Shown here: positions 25,242 through 38,030 of the stretch, piece after piece
Layout of the letters: each line of letters opens with the position of its first letter
Position numbering within the stretch: position 1 is the stretch's first letter
NCBI GenBank assembly: GCA_025558095.1
Contig: JAIVFI010000023.1
Location: 1 to 64,000, forward strand
Reading direction: 5' to 3'
DNA length: 64,000 nt
Source of the DNA: Hyaloraphidium curvatum SAG 235-1
Taxonomy: Eukaryota > Fungi > Monoblepharomycota
The notes under the pieces: model-generated
Seen by the model: the letters and a program-made list of their open reading frames with translations, nothing else
Told to the model about the DNA's origin: nothing
Database searches by the model: none
Program-made: the position numbers and the translations under genes

Positions 25242-26231
25242 ATGTCCCTCCTCCGCTCCCTCGGGTACCTCGTCGTCGCGCACCCCTCCGTGGACGCGTG
25301 GTCCTCCTACGCCACGGGCCTCCTCGGCCTGCAGCAGACGGAACGCACGCCGACGCGCGCGTCGTTCCGGATGGACGCCCGCGCGCTGCGGTGGCTCGTC
25401 GATGCCGGCGCGGAGGCGGACGCGACGGGTTGGGAGGTCGACGATGCCGGGAAATTGGAGGAGCTGAGGGCCCGGTTGAGGGAGAAGGGGGTGGCGTTCG
25501 AGGAGCTCACCGGGGAGGAGGTGCGGGCGAGGAGGGTGGCGGAGGGCATCGCGTTCCGCGACCCCGAGGGCAACCGGCACGAGGCCTTCCATTCGGCCGG
25601 CGTCGCCGGGGAGCCCTTCGTCCCCGGCCGGCCCATCTCGGGGTTCCGCACGGGCGACATGGGCCTCGGCCACGCGGTGCTCCACGTGAGGAGCTTCGCC
25701 GCCATGCGGCCCTTTGTCGAGGACGTGCTCGGTTTCAGCCTGACGGACTACGCCGAGACGCCCTTCAGGGCGCGCTTCTACCACCTCAATGCCCGCCACC
25801 ACTCCCTCGCGATGATCGAAACCGGCCGCACGGGGCTGCACCACGTCATGCTCGAGTACCTCAACCTCGACGACGTCGGGCAGGGCTACGACGCCGCCAT
25901 GCGCCCCCAGGGCGAAAACATGGTCGGCACCACCCTCGGCCGGCACACCAACGACTACATGACCTCCTTCTACGCAAAATCCCCCTCGGGCTTCCTCGTC
26001 GAGCTCGGGTGGGGCGGCCGGACGATCGACGCCGCGGAGTGGAAGGCGACCGAGATGAAGTACGGCCCGAGCTTCTGGGGCCACGACCGCAACTGGCTGC
26101 CGCCGGACAAGTTCAGGGAGGCGCAGGAGATCAGGGCCGCGGCGGCGGGGGCGGGGCTGAGGATGCCGGTGCAGGTGGAGGGATCGAATTTCGCGGTCGG
26201 TCCGGGGCCGGCGCCGTGGTGGGAGGTGTGA
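25242..26231 (+). CDS. Extradiol ring-cleavage dioxygenase (BphC/HsaC-like, VOC family); intronless
   Basis: RSLGYL, FRDPEGNRHE, GLGHAVL, RHHSLA, LHHVMLE, LGRHTNDYMTSFY, SPSGFLVELG, SFWGH. Confidence 0.93.
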   Translation: MSLLRSLGYLVVAHPSVDAWSSYATGLLGLQQTERTPTRASFRMDARALRWLVDAGAEADATGWEVDDAGKLEELRARLREKGVAFEELTGEEVRARRVAEGIAFRDPEGNRHEAFHSAGVAGEPFVPGRPISGFRTGDMGLGHAVLHVRSFAAMRPFVEDVLGFSLTDYAETPFRARFYHLNARHHSLAMIETGRTGLHHVMLEYLNLDDVGQGYDAAMRPQGENMVGTTLGRHTNDYMTSFYAKSPSGFLVELGWGGRTIDAAEWKATEMKYGPSFWGHDRNWLPPDKFREAQEIRAAAAGAGLRMPVQVEGSNFAVGPGPAPWWEV

Positions 26232-26531
26232 GAGCGGATGCGAGGCCCGGCAGGGCAGGCTGGGTGCCCCAGCTGCGATCGGCTCCCGCCGGGTGGACAA
26301 TGTCTCCGTATAGGAGTCGTGAAATGAAGAATCTTTATCGCCCATCGCTGCGTTCTGCGCATCTTCTTCCGCGTCCGAGCACGGCGAGCCGTGACGGCGC
26401 CGAAACGCCGAAAAGGGGGACCGACGGGACGGCCGCCGCAAGATTGGTCCCTGACAACGGAGGACCCCCGCATTTCGCTTCCGCACGTCGACCCGCGGCC
26501 CAAACCGGCGGACAGCACTTAGCGGAACTCG

Positions 26532-27632
26532 ATGGCCATCACCGACGGTGCGTGCTTTTCCGGAGTGGCGTGCCCTTCCCGGGCAGGTGTTGACAGGCAC
26601 GCCCCGGCCAGTCGAGGACCTGCCGCCCGAGGAGATCATGGAGTACGCCGGCCGCGCCGACGGCGTGCTCGATTTTGCCGGCGACGGCCGCGCCAAGGTC
26701 GCCGCGGCCGTCGACCGCGCCAAGAACGCCGTGTCGCGCGCCGTCGACCGCATCAAGGCCGAGCTCGAGGGCTGGCAGCTGGGCAAGGGCTGGTTCGGCC
26801 GCGAGGCGCCCCTCCTGAGCCTGAGCCCCACCAACGCCTTCGTCGTGGGCTGGACGGCGCTGCTCGGCACGCAGGCCGCCTTCTCGCTGCCGCAGACGAG
26901 GCCGCACGTCGAGAAGCTGCTGGGCTCGGAGGGTGCTGCAGCGCAGGCGCTCAAGACGTTGTCGATCGTCACGCTCGGCGCCATCGCGAGGTATTACCGC
27001 AAGGAGGGACAGTTCCTCGGCCCCGTCGTGCTCGACCGTGAGATCGTGGGTTTTCGCAACTCCACCTGACTCGCGCCCGCTGATCCGCCAGCCTTGTGAC
27101 CCCCGAACCGATCAGCCCGCCTGGATCACCGTGCCCCTCAAGGTCTTTGGCATCCTCGCCGTCAGCCACGGCCTCTTCCGCCACGCCACCCTCGAAGAGA
27201 CCACCTCGGGCAAGGTCGGCTCCGACGCCGAGGTCGGATTCAAGCGGCTCTCTAAGCGCCCCATCCTGCTCGGCGCCTCGGTCTACGGCCTGGGTCAGTT
27301 CCTGGAGGACAGGACCAAGGGCTCGCTGCTGTTCTGGGGCGTCGGAGCCGTCGCTGCCGACGTCGTGGCGGCGCTGGCTGATGTCCGCGAGGGCAAGCCG
27401 TTCGGCGACAGCCTGCCGTTCAAGGCCATCGCGCAGGACCCCAACGTGCTCGTGCAGGCCGTCAAGGGTGGGTTCCCGATGCGGTTTCGTAGCCCTGTTC
27501 AGGCACTTAACGCATTTGCCCGTCCGTGCAGAGTTGAACCCCATCGCTGCCGCCGTCGGCATACTCGGCTCGCTGCGCTGGACCTTCCCCGACGCTTACC
27601 ACAAGATGGTCGACTTCATCATGCGCCGCTAA
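26532..27632 (+). CDS. Hypothetical membrane-associated protein (4 exons)
   Basis: Strong coding codon bias; introns after MAITD, REI and AVK join the ORF frames; several hydrophobic segments. Confidence 0.6.
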
Positions 27633-27759
27633 GCCATTCGCCAAGTCAAGAACGTATTCCGCTCTCGCACTTTGTACTGTAGACCGGACAGCAATGGGAA
27701 CTAGGACGCTCTGTCGAACCTCGTGCGGTTTATTTCCCGTCCGACCGCCCTCTTCCCGA

Positions 27760-30700
27760 TCACACGGACGGCGACGCCGGCTTTCCCCCCCTGGCCGGCC
27801 CGCCTCCCCTCGGCGCCCCGCCGCGCGCCGCCCCGCCCCTCGGCATCCCGTGCTGCGCCTTGGGCGTCGTCCCCTCCCCCCCGCCCACCGATCCCGGGAT
27901 CCCCTTGGCGATGAACCCGACCGGCCTCTCCAGCAGCTTGGCCAGCAGCGCCCCCATCCGCTTGTCCGCGTCGGGGATGTCGCCCTTGACGCTCCACGCC
28001 GTCAGGTTCCCGAAGAACTGGTTCACCTTGAGAGCACCAAAGGCCTTGAGGATCTCGCGGGAGCTAGCGAGCTCGGTGAAGCCCAGGAGGGCGCGCTCGG
28101 GGGCATCCTTGGAAGAGGAGACCATGGTCTGGAAGAGGCTGCGGTAGTTCCAGTAGTAGACCACGTCGACCTCGGAGGGGCCGGCCGCGGCGGCGCCGGC
28201 GGCGGCAGGGCGCGGCTGCGAGGGGTGCGGGCTGGCCTGCGACATGGGTGTGCCGGGAGCGTTGGGCGAGGGGGTGCCGACGCCGAGACGGTTGGGGCGC
28301 GGCTGGAGCTGCGGGCCCGGCGGGGAAAGGGCGCCCGGCGTCGTTCCGGGGGTATATGCCGGGCTTTTCGGCGGCGCAGCGGGGCTCCTCGGAAGGCCGT
28401 TGGTGGCCGGAGGGCCTGCGTTGGCCGTCGCTCCCGGCCCGGCTTGGGCGCCCTGAGTGTTGTCGGTGAACCGCAGGACGAGGCTCAGCCGGTTCAGGTC
28501 CCGCTCCACTTTGAAGGCAGGGGAGCCGACGGGGCGATCTTCCTCCGCGACGGAAGCCGGCACGGTCAGGAGCATCCTGATGCCCGTGGGTTTGCGCTCG
28601 CTGGCCAGGGTTTCCAAGTCCATGAGCCTGCAGATCTCCACGAGGGCTTCCGGCGGCAGCATGATGATCTGGACGATGGAACAGAGCGCCGCACGGGGGT
28701 CCGAATCGGTGTAGGCGGCCAGCTGGCAGAGGGGGGTCAGAATTCACATCGGCATGTCGAGAACGGTCAACCGACCTTGCTTGTCAGCCACTTGGCCAGC
28801 CGACCCAGCTCCCTGTCGGTGTTCCTGACGTCGATCGTGTCCTTGGCATCGCCCTTGAGCCCCGGCAGGATGTACGGTATCGACCTCGCGTCGGCGCTCC
28901 CCGGCGTCCCGGGGGAAAGAGCGTTGGGCGCCGACGCCGTCCGCCGCGTGACCATCTGCTCCACCTTGACCGCCGCGAGCTGCGTGCACTGCCACGCCCC
29001 CGTCTTCCAGTCGATCTGCAGGATTGCGCGAAGGGGTTGGTGGTTCTGAACCAGTGTGCCTGTGTTGAAGGTGAGCCCGATGTTGGTGCGGTCCACCCGC
29101 ACTTCGCCGAGCTTGAACCGCTCCCGGACCGCGTGCTCCAGCCAGTCCAGCACCTCGAGGCCCACCGTCGCGCGCGAGATCATGCCGGCGACACGCGGGA
29201 CCATGGGCAGGGTTATGGCGGTGCCGGTGGTGACGGCGGTGCCGGCCGACGAGTTGCCGACGGCCGTCGGCACGGTGAGGATCAGCTTGGACCCCGCGTC
29301 GGGCGGCCCGTTCTCGTGCAGCGTCGACGGCATCGGGATCGCGTCGTCGTCCGGCAGCAGCGTCCTGTCGTCGACCAGGGCCAGCACCTCCGCGACGAGC
29401 CTGACCATGAACGGCACCGGGGCCTTTGCCTCGACGTCGGGGATCGGCAGGAGCGGGCCGTTCTCGAAGGTCGGGAAAAAGCGTCCGTCGCCGAGGCGGA
29501 ACGCCCTCGCCGCGGCATCGAAGATGCCGACACAGCGGAGCTGCGGCGTCTCGGTCCGCAGCATGTCCAGGACGAACCCGCGGCCGCGGTGTCTGAGCTT
29601 GGCCAGCGTCGGCGCGATCCGGTGGAGCTCCCAGAGGTCCTCGCCCGGATCCCGGTCCGACGGCGCGGGGAACAGGGGCACCGGTCCGAACGCCTTTAGC
29701 CTGGCCAGGTCGGCCACCCCGCCCAGGAGCGGCGCCGTCTCCTGCAAGTCCTTGAGGACCCGATAGACGTCCCAGAACTCGCTGAGCATCCGGCCGTAGT
29801 AGGCCTCGAAGCCCGCGTGCGGGTTCGGCGACCCGTCGAGCGAGCCGAACGACGCGGTGAAGGATCCCCGGGAGGCGGCCTGCGCCAGGGTGATGTCGTC
29901 GCCCGCCTCGGCGCGGTACGACTCGGTCCACCGCACCTTGACCGTCAGGTTCTGCACAACAACTCCATCAGCTGCGAACAGACTGTCGAGCGCGGCCCTG
30001 TAACCCACCTCGGTGTACCGAAACACCACCGCCCCGCCCTCCCACCGGACCAACCCCATCCCCTTTGCCTCGAGCCCCGCCCCGTCGAGGTGCCCCCTCC
30101 ACGCGCCAAACTGCCACGCCAGGAACCCGAGCACGTGCATCCCCCTCGCCGCGGCGAGCAGCTCCCTCCCCGGCGCCTCGCCCGACGTCCCAACCGCGAG
30201 GGTCACCTCCCTCTTGTCCTTGTCCAAACTGGCCTCCACGGGCCCCGAAGGCGCGCGAAACTCGAGCGGCGGATACCCGTCCTCCGCGAGCTTGAACCTC
30301 GCGCACAGCTTGGGCCCCGAACCCGAAGGCACCACCTTGATCGCCAGATCCCCCGCGACCCCGCGCGTCCCGGCCTTGTCCAGCACGTCCTCGAACCCGT
30401 CCGTCCGCCCCGACAGATCCACCTGCAGCGTCGACACTAGGTAATGCCTCCGCACCACCAGGACGGCCGTGCGCGGGTCCGCGTGGCGGTTGTCCCCGCA
30501 GGGCCGGTAGCACAGCTGGCGCGGAAGCTGCACGAGCTCCGACGGCACGCCGAGCGCGTTCAGGTCGCGCTCGCACGCGCGGATGGAGGCCAGCCGGCGG
30601 GCCAGAGCGCACAGGCGGTGCAGGCCCTCGTACGAGGCGCGGAGGCGGGAGTGGTCCGGGCCGCCGAGGGTGGGGAGGTCGGGCGGGGGGTCGAGGCCGG

Positions 30701-33347
30701 CGGCGAAGTCGAACGGATCCGGCGCGGGCGCGATCCCGCCCATGTCCTCGGTCCGCGCGCGCTTCCGCGGCCTCCTCTCGCCATCGGGGCTCGCCGACCC
30801 CTCCGACTCCGCCCTCTTCCTCTTTGCCTCCCCGTCCCCGCCCTCCGCCTCAACATCCGCCGCGGCCGCATCGGGATCCCACCACATCCTCTCGTTCCAC
30901 TCGTCGGCCGTCCACACGCTCCCGCTGCGCACGCCGAGCAGGAACGCGCGGAACCGCGCGGCGTCCGGCGCCGAAGGCGGCGCGCAGACGGCGACCATGA
31001 CGAAGAACCGGGGGTGCCCGACGAGGGGCATCAGCACCGGCGCGCACGAGGGCGCGGGGGCGCCCAGGAGGTCAGGGTCCGAGAAGAGCGGCATCAGACC
31101 TGCTCGGAAGGAAACGCGTCAGCCGACGCACGAGAGGCCCCGCGCCACAAGGACGTACCATCCAAAGACAGCCCCGCCTCCGCCAACCCCCTCGCCCTCC
31201 CCATCCCCGCCACAGCCCCCCAGCTCTCCCACCCCTGCACCGCGGCCGCGAACCTCGCCCCCCGCGCAGCCTCCGCCACGCCCTCCACCCGCGCGTTGGC
31301 CGCTGCCTCGGCGGCCGCCAGCGCCGCCGCCGGCGCGGGCCCGCCGAACCTGAACCTGCCGGTCCACGGGTCCGCGGATATGCGCAGCGGCGTGCCGCGG
31401 CCAATATCCAACTCGAGCACGGTGCCACCCTCCTCCCGCGCTTCCGCAAAAGGGATGCCCTCGGACGCGAGCACCTCCCCCGCCCTGTCCATCCGCGCCG
31501 CGCACACGGAATCGGCGGCGAGCCGGAGCACCTCCCCCGGGCGCGGGTCGGCGGGGTCCACCAGCGCCGCAACGCGGTCCGCGGGGAGGCGGATGGGGAG
31601 CTGCTCGCCGGGGTCGGGGAGGGTGTGCGACGCGGAGACGGCGAGGAGCGGAGCGGGGGGTGGGTCGGGCGCCGAGAGGGAGGCCGCGGACGCGGGGTCG
31701 ATGCAGTCCGCCGGCAGATCGAGGGCGTCCAGCGGGGGCCAGAACGCCGTGGATGGGTGGGAGGCAGGGGCGGGGTCGGAGGAAGGGAGCGCAAAGCGGA
31801 GGGTGTAAGCCGGTTGGAAGGGCTGCTCCAGCTCCAGGAGGGAGGCGTGGTCGAAGCTGTACCCCGGCGGCGGGGGCGGGACGGTGATGGCCGTCGGGTT
31901 GCTTCCAACGGTGGCAGGTTAGATTGAGCAGGTCATCAACCAGGCAAGCAACGCACCTCCAGAACTTGACCGACACCCCCATCCCCTCCTCGTCCTCGGC
32001 CACCTCGCACTCGTTCCACCCCTCGGCGCGCAGCTTGGAGCACGCCAGCGAGACGAGCTCCAGGAGCACCGCCGACGCCGTGCGTTCGAGGAAGGAGTGG
32101 AAGGGGGCGAGGCCGCCAGCGAGGGCGGCGCGGGCGGCGGGGAGGAGCGCGCGCTCCTGCGCGGGGGAGAGGGCGCCGCGCTCCGAGTCCTCAGAGTCTG
32201 CGGCGGTGCTTTCGGCGTTGCCCTTCCTCGGTGCCCGCGAAGAACGGGGGACGAGGGCCGATTTCGATCCTACGAGGATCTTCAGGGTGACCAGCTCCCA
32301 GGTGGGGCGTGCCGCGCCCGTCCCCTTCCCGGGCTGCAGTTTGATCTCGGCTGCCCAGCGGCCCGGCAGCCGCAGCTTCGCCAGCCCGTGGTCGCCGACC
32401 GACACCAGGGCGCTGCGGAGGGCCGGTGGCGCGGGATCCGCCGCCGCGGGCGAGAGGTACCTCTCCGCCAGGTCCCTGAGCGTCCGCCCACTGCCGGACT
32501 CGGGCGCCGCGGCCGACGGCACCTTTGCCCCGAACCGTGCCCACAGCTCCGCCGGCAGCCTGCCCCGTGCCCCGCCCCGCAGCGCGTCCGCGGCCCGCAC
32601 CAGGTCCCAGTTGCCCTCCCTGACCACGGAGCGGTCGTTTGCGGCGTAAAACAGCCCGTCCGCGGCCTTGACGACGTAGTCGTTCTGCAGCTCCAGCCAG
32701 TTGTGCGCGCTGACCAGCTGCGCCAGGTGCGGGTTGCCGCGCAGCCAGCGCACGAGCACCAGCAGCCGCGAGAAGCCGGTCAGGTGGCCTGCGACGAACG
32801 ACAAAAGCGAGAGGCGGCGCTCCTTGGCCCCCGGGTACGTCTCCGACATGGCCTGTAGCTCCTCGTAGGCCTTTTTCGCACTGCGGGAAAGCAGCTCGGC
32901 GAGGTCGACCGGGTCGACGTGCGGCGTCGGCGGCACCGCCATCGGGTTCGGCGCCGGGGAGCCGCCACCCGCGGGGCCGCCGCCGCCCTCCCCCTTGGCG
33001 GCCGGCGTCTCAGCAGCCGGCGACGGGGCGCCCCCGCGCAGCCGCAGCGGCGGGTGCGGCGCGGCCGCCCCGCGGGACCGACGCGTCTCAACTGGCCCGG
33101 CCGGGGAACCGCCGTCAAGAGTCCGAAAACCAGAGTCCCCGCCTAAAACGGTATCGGGAAATCCGGCATTCCGCAGATCCGGCGGAGACACCCGCGAAGT
33201 CCCCGCAGTGTCCCGTGCGGGCGCCGGGCGCGCGTCGGGCGGCTCCCCGGCCCGCAGGTCCGCCACCGCCCGTTCCCCGGCCGCCGCCGTCCGCCCGTAC
33301 GCGGCCAAATATCCAATGTCCTCGCCCGCGCGCGCGCGGCCATCCAT
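27760..33347 (-). CDS. MED14: Mediator subunit MED14/Rgr1, multi-exon; alternative start at MAVPP ~32942
   Basis: VDLAELLSRSAKKAYEELQAMSET..KERRLSLLSF....FSRLLVLVRW and NWDLVRAADAL match the Med14 N-terminal domain; introns (e.g. GTACGT..GAGCAG near 31100-31158) join the long minus-strand ORFs. Confidence 0.8.
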
Positions 33348-33511
33348 CTCGCCGGATGGCGCGGCACGGCGGGGCCCGGGGCGGGCCGTCGGGCGATGAC
33401 CAAACCCGCTGAACCAAGCACGCGCCGACGGCTCTTGGTACGCGTGTGAAAGAGCGCTAGAGAGCACAAATCGCTGCTCGGATCTATCTTTGGGCTTCGC
33501 ATGGAACAGAT

Positions 33512-34342
33512 TCACTTCAGATCTCCGACTCGCCTGGCATAGGACCGTTCCTCTCCGGGTCGTCCTTCGCTGCAAGGAGGATCCTGTACGTCAGGCAGGA
33601 CAGGGAACGGACAGATCGGACCGAACCCACCGAAGAACTTCCAAATCCACTTGTCGTCCTCGACGTAGGGCACGTAGGGTTTGGCATCGATGCGCCCGTC
33701 CCGCCCGTCCTCCTTGCACCGGGGATTCGCAACGAGCCGTACGAAGGCGCCCTTCTCGGTCGTAAAGACAAAGAACGACGCGTACCGCCCGGCAGCTTCC
33801 ACGCCCGTGATCCAATCGCCCTCCGGGACGAGATCCGTCTCGCACCGCAGCAGCCTCGGTTCTTCGCGTATCAGAAAGGGCGACCAGCCGTAAATCGTGT
33901 CGCCGGGCAGTGCGGTGGAGGTCACGTGCCCGTTGGCCTTGTAGTTGCCCCAGCTCCACACGCGTCCCCTGTCCGAGACCGCCGCGAATGCCGGGGGCGA
34001 CGCGGATGCGGCGGCCATCTTCACGAAGCGCTCTTCGGGGCCCAGAACGAGCAGCGTCTTTTTTGCGGGTGCCATCGGCGCGAACGAGACGGTGAACTCG
34101 TCGATCGCGTGCGGCATCCACTCGCAGAGCTTGAAGTGGCTTTCGATCGCGCTGCCGTCAAAGATGCCCATCACCCTTTCCCGCGACGGGATCCGCGTCC
34201 ATCCTTCCGAGTGGACCAGGGGCCGGCGAGCCACGTCCCATGCGCCCCGGGCCGCCTGGGGGGCACTGGGCGCGAGCACGAGCCACACGCGGTCGCCAAA
34301 GTCGTCGGCGGTCGCCGCCGGGGCCGCGTCGGTGTCGTCCAT
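33512..34342 (-). CDS. Hypothetical protein, paralog of the domain in 38031-39030
   Basis: Shares RGAWDV.RRPLVHS, GIFDGS, EWMPHAIDE, NGHVTSTALP, REEPRLL, KPYVP.VEDD with the + strand copy. Confidence 0.6.
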   Translation of the reverse strand: MDDTDAAPAATADDFGDRVWLVLAPSAPQAARGAWDVARRPLVHSEGWTRIPSRERVMGIFDGSAIESHFKLCEWMPHAIDEFTVSFAPMAPAKKTLLVLGPEERFVKMAAASASPPAFAAVSDRGRVWSWGNYKANGHVTSTALPGDTIYGWSPFLIREEPRLLRCETDLVPEGDWITGVEAAGRYASFFVFTTEKGAFVRLVANPRCKEDGRDGRIDAKPYVPYVEDDKWIWKFFGGFGPICPFPVLPDVQDPPCSEGRPGEERSYARRVGDLK

Positions 34343-34470
34343 TGTGACGTTCCTGCCTGGCTGATATGTTCCACCGAAGATTGTACAGATCCTTCAAGCC
34401 AATAATAACCTTGTGGTCGTAGATTGATCACACGCCGAGCTCCTCGACAATAATATGCAGGTCAAGCTGC

Positions 34471-37355
34471 TTACAACAGTCCTACGGCGCCGGCATCCCC
34501 CTCCGGACCTGCTTCCCCGCCGCGCAGCAGCCACCTCTCCAGAACGCCCCTGAAAACAGCATATGCGAACGGCTTGGCCAGGTAATCGTCCATCCCGGCC
34601 TCGATGCACCCCTCCCTGTCCCCCCGCATCGCGTGCGCCGTCAGCGCGACGATAGGCACCCCCCTGTAACCCTCCCCCGCCTCCCCGGCGCGGATCCGCC
34701 GCGTGGCCTCCTTGCCGTCCATCGTCGGCATCTGCACGTCCATCATCACCAGGTGGATCGGGTCGCCCGCGCCGCGGAGGACCGAGAGCGCATCGGCGCC
34801 GTCGCACGCGAGGACGCACACGGGCCCGGCCTTGCGGAGGAAGCCAGAGGCCACCTGCCGGTTCACGGGGTTGTCCTCGACCACCAGCACGCGGAACTCC
34901 GAGAGGGGGTTGCCGGGGTCGGCAGCGCCGTTGGAGCGCGCCTTCCCGGGTCGGCGCAGGGGTAGAGATCCGTTCGCACGCGGTGTCAGCTCTGGCCCGG
35001 CGGCCAACAGGTGATCCATGCACCCCTTCAGCGCGGCAAGGCCCGCCGGCCGCGCGAGCACCTTGAAACCCCCCTCATCTGCTCCCGCGCGCAGGGTCGC
35101 GGGCCGCACCAGCACCACCTCAGGCCCTCCCAGCTCCTTGGCCTGCTCCCCCACCCTCCTCGCGACCTCCATCCCGATCCTCGCGGGCTCAATGTCCTCG
35201 CACAACACCATCCGGAAGGGATCGCCCTCCGCAGCGGCGGCGCGGAGCACATCCATGCAGCCGTCGGCGGACCGTGCGGCCCCCGTGCGCAGGCCGAGCG
35301 CGTGCAGCAGGTCCGTCGTGGCATCCAGCTGGGGCTCCCCGGATTCGACGACCAGGATGCGCGGAGCGTCGAGGCGAGGGAGGCAAGCCAGCGGCAAGGC
35401 CCCGGGCAGCGGGCACGCGGCCTGACCGGACCGCCCCGTTCCGCCGACCACCTGCAACCCGGTCCCCTCGGCGACACCCAGCCTCACCACAAACCAGAAC
35501 TCCGATCCGCCTCCCTCGGAGCTCCGCACCCCGATCTTGCCCCCCATGAGCTGCACGAGCTCCCTGCATATCGCCAGCCCCAGCCCCGACCCGCCGTACC
35601 GCCGCGACATGGACGGATCAAGCTGCACGAACTTGCCGAACATGGCCGGCGCGAGGTCGGGAGGCATGCCGATCCCCGTGTCGACGACGGAGAACCGCAG
35701 GAGGGCGGTCGGGCGCGCGGGGAGGCGGTCCGCGGGATCCGGCTCCCGCGACGACGAGGAGGGACCGGCGACGAGGGTCATCCCCGAGGACGGCCTCCGT
35801 TCCGAGGCCGACAGCGGCCGCCCGTCCTCGTCGTCGTCCGCGAGCTCCGCACGCACCCGCACGGTGCCCGCCTCGGTGAACTTGACCGCGTTGCTCACCA
35901 GGTTGGCCAGCACCTGCCTCAGCCTCCCCGGATCGCCGCGCAGCGCGCGCGGCGTGCCCGGGCGGAACGAGACGGCGAGGTCGATGCCCTTGGCGTGGGC
36001 GCGGGGGGCGAAGCTCGAGCCCAGGGATTCGAGGAGGGAGGGGAGGTCGAAGTCCAGGTGCTCGAGCTCGAGATGGCCCTGCTCGGCCTTGGAAAAGTCG
36101 AGGATGTCGTTGACCAGGCCGAGGAGGGATTCGGCCGAGGCTCGGACGGTTTCGGCCAGGCGGGACTGCTCGGATGAGAGGTCGGTGTCGAGGAGGAGGC
36201 CGGAAATGCCGATGACGCCGTTCAGGGGCGTGCGTATCTCGTGTGACTGACGAGGGGGTCGAGTGAGAAGAGGTGTGGGCACCGCGGGGGGGAGCAACAA
36301 ACCATGTTTGCCAAAAAGTTGGCCTTGGCCTGTGCTGACTCCTCCGCGGCCTTTGCCGCGGCCTCGGCCTGCTTCTTTGCCTCGACCAGCATCGCTTCGT
36401 ACCGGTGCTGGCTCGTCACATCCCGCGCCGTGGCCAGCATCACCATCTTGCCGTCCAGCTCGAACGTCGACGCCGCCGACTCGGCCACGAACCCCGTGCC
36501 GTCGCGGTGCCGCATCCCCGCGCGGAAGCTGGTCGCCGAACCCGACGCGCGGACGAGGGAAAGCAGCGCGCGGGAGTCGGCGGGGGAGGAGAAGATACGC
36601 CATCCGACCTCGGCAAAGGGGCGGCCAACGACGAGGTCCTTGGCCCAGCCGGTGAGGCGCTCGAAGCCCGAGTTGGCGTCGAGGACCGTATCTGAGGAGA
36701 GATCGACAAGGTAGATGGCTTCGGCCGAGGCCTCGAAGGCCGCCGTGAACTTGGCCTTGGACGAGGAAAGCTCGGCCTGCACGTGGCGGTGCCGCAGCTG
36801 CTTGCCAAAAGTCACGAAGGCCGTTATGCTCCAGATGGCACAATAAAAGACGGCCTCGAGCAGCGCCGACCAGACGTTGCCCCGCTGCTGGTAGAGCACG
36901 ATGAAGATGGTGAGGGTGCCCGTGACGATGGACGCCACGACGGTCGGGAGGTCCAGGGCGTTGGCGGCCAGCGGCACGGGGGCGGCAATGATCATGAGCG
37001 TGGTCGGGAAATGGGTGGCGAGGAAGACCAGGCCGGCGGCGACGGCGGGGGTCGTTGCCGGGAGCGTCATGGTGTACGGGCCAATCTCCTTCTGGCCGTG
37101 CAGGTAGACGATGACCGTGAGGACGAAGGCCCCGACGCCCGCGGCCATCTTCCAGCCCCCGAAGAAATAGACGGCGATCGTCGCCGGTACTCCGATGGCC
37201 GTGTAGAGGAACCGCGCCATTGCCAGCACGGCGCGGTCGTCCTCGTCAAACATCGACGGCGCGGTTGCGCCTTCCGCCGGCGCCTCCACCGTCCACTGCG
37301 GCTTCGCGTCGGGCGGCGGAGACCGCGTCCCGTTCGCGTCGCGCCGCACCGCCAT
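34471..37355 (-). CDS. Hybrid sensor histidine kinase: TM sensor, PAS, HisKA, HATPase, degenerate REC, intact REC; one intron
   Basis: FLANM|SHEIRTPLNG, RLRQVLANLVSNAVKFT, DTGIG, GGSGLGLAI; REC VVEDN..VMMDVQMPTMDG..AKPF; intron near 36246-36302. Confidence 0.93.
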
Positions 37356-38030
37356 TGTGGCGGCCGGCGGGGAGTGCCCCTCCGACGCCGCGTCCGAATG
37401 CCGCCCGTGCGGCCTCGCCGCCACGGTGCGAGTTCCCGCCGGCCGCACGCGCCGAGGAAAAATCGAAGGCGGCGCCACGGGCTGCTGCCGCGCCCGGGGG
37501 CTACAGGGGATGAGGGATCACGTGAGGGGGATAAACAGGGCACAGCGTCAGGTGGCTGCCCTAGTGGGTGCTAGGTGACGCCACGGTTCTAGCGATCTCC
37601 TGCGTCCCGCACCGAGGATGGATCCATCATCCTTGTCCGCAGACTCGGGCAAAGCTGCTTGCGATGCTCTGGTGGATGGCGGAAAGGGGGGCTGCTTCGC
37701 GGCGGGGGAGGCTCCGCAGGGCATTTGGAAAGACCGATGGCTAGCTCTCTGTCAATCTCAATGGCTCGCTTTTCCCTACGAATCCGATTCCGCAGGCACA
37801 GCCGTCGGGCGCTGTGGGAGTCCACCGCGCGTTGCTCTTGGTAATGATTCGAGGATCGCATGAGGACCGTTCAGCCGGCGCGCCCATGATCGGGGCTAGC
37901 ATGCCCATCCGCGAGTCACATTGCGAAAGCGGGGCTTAAATTCGCAAAGTTCATACTCGTAGCTTTTTCGATTGACGGTGCTACACGTCGAGTTGCCGGG
38001 AGGTGGTGCGAAAGCGCCCCAACTCCGAGA

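Noticed and set aside
28767-31561. Separate genes suggested by ORFs 28767-31094 and 31094-31561
   Set aside because: Canonical introns join them in frame to MED14.
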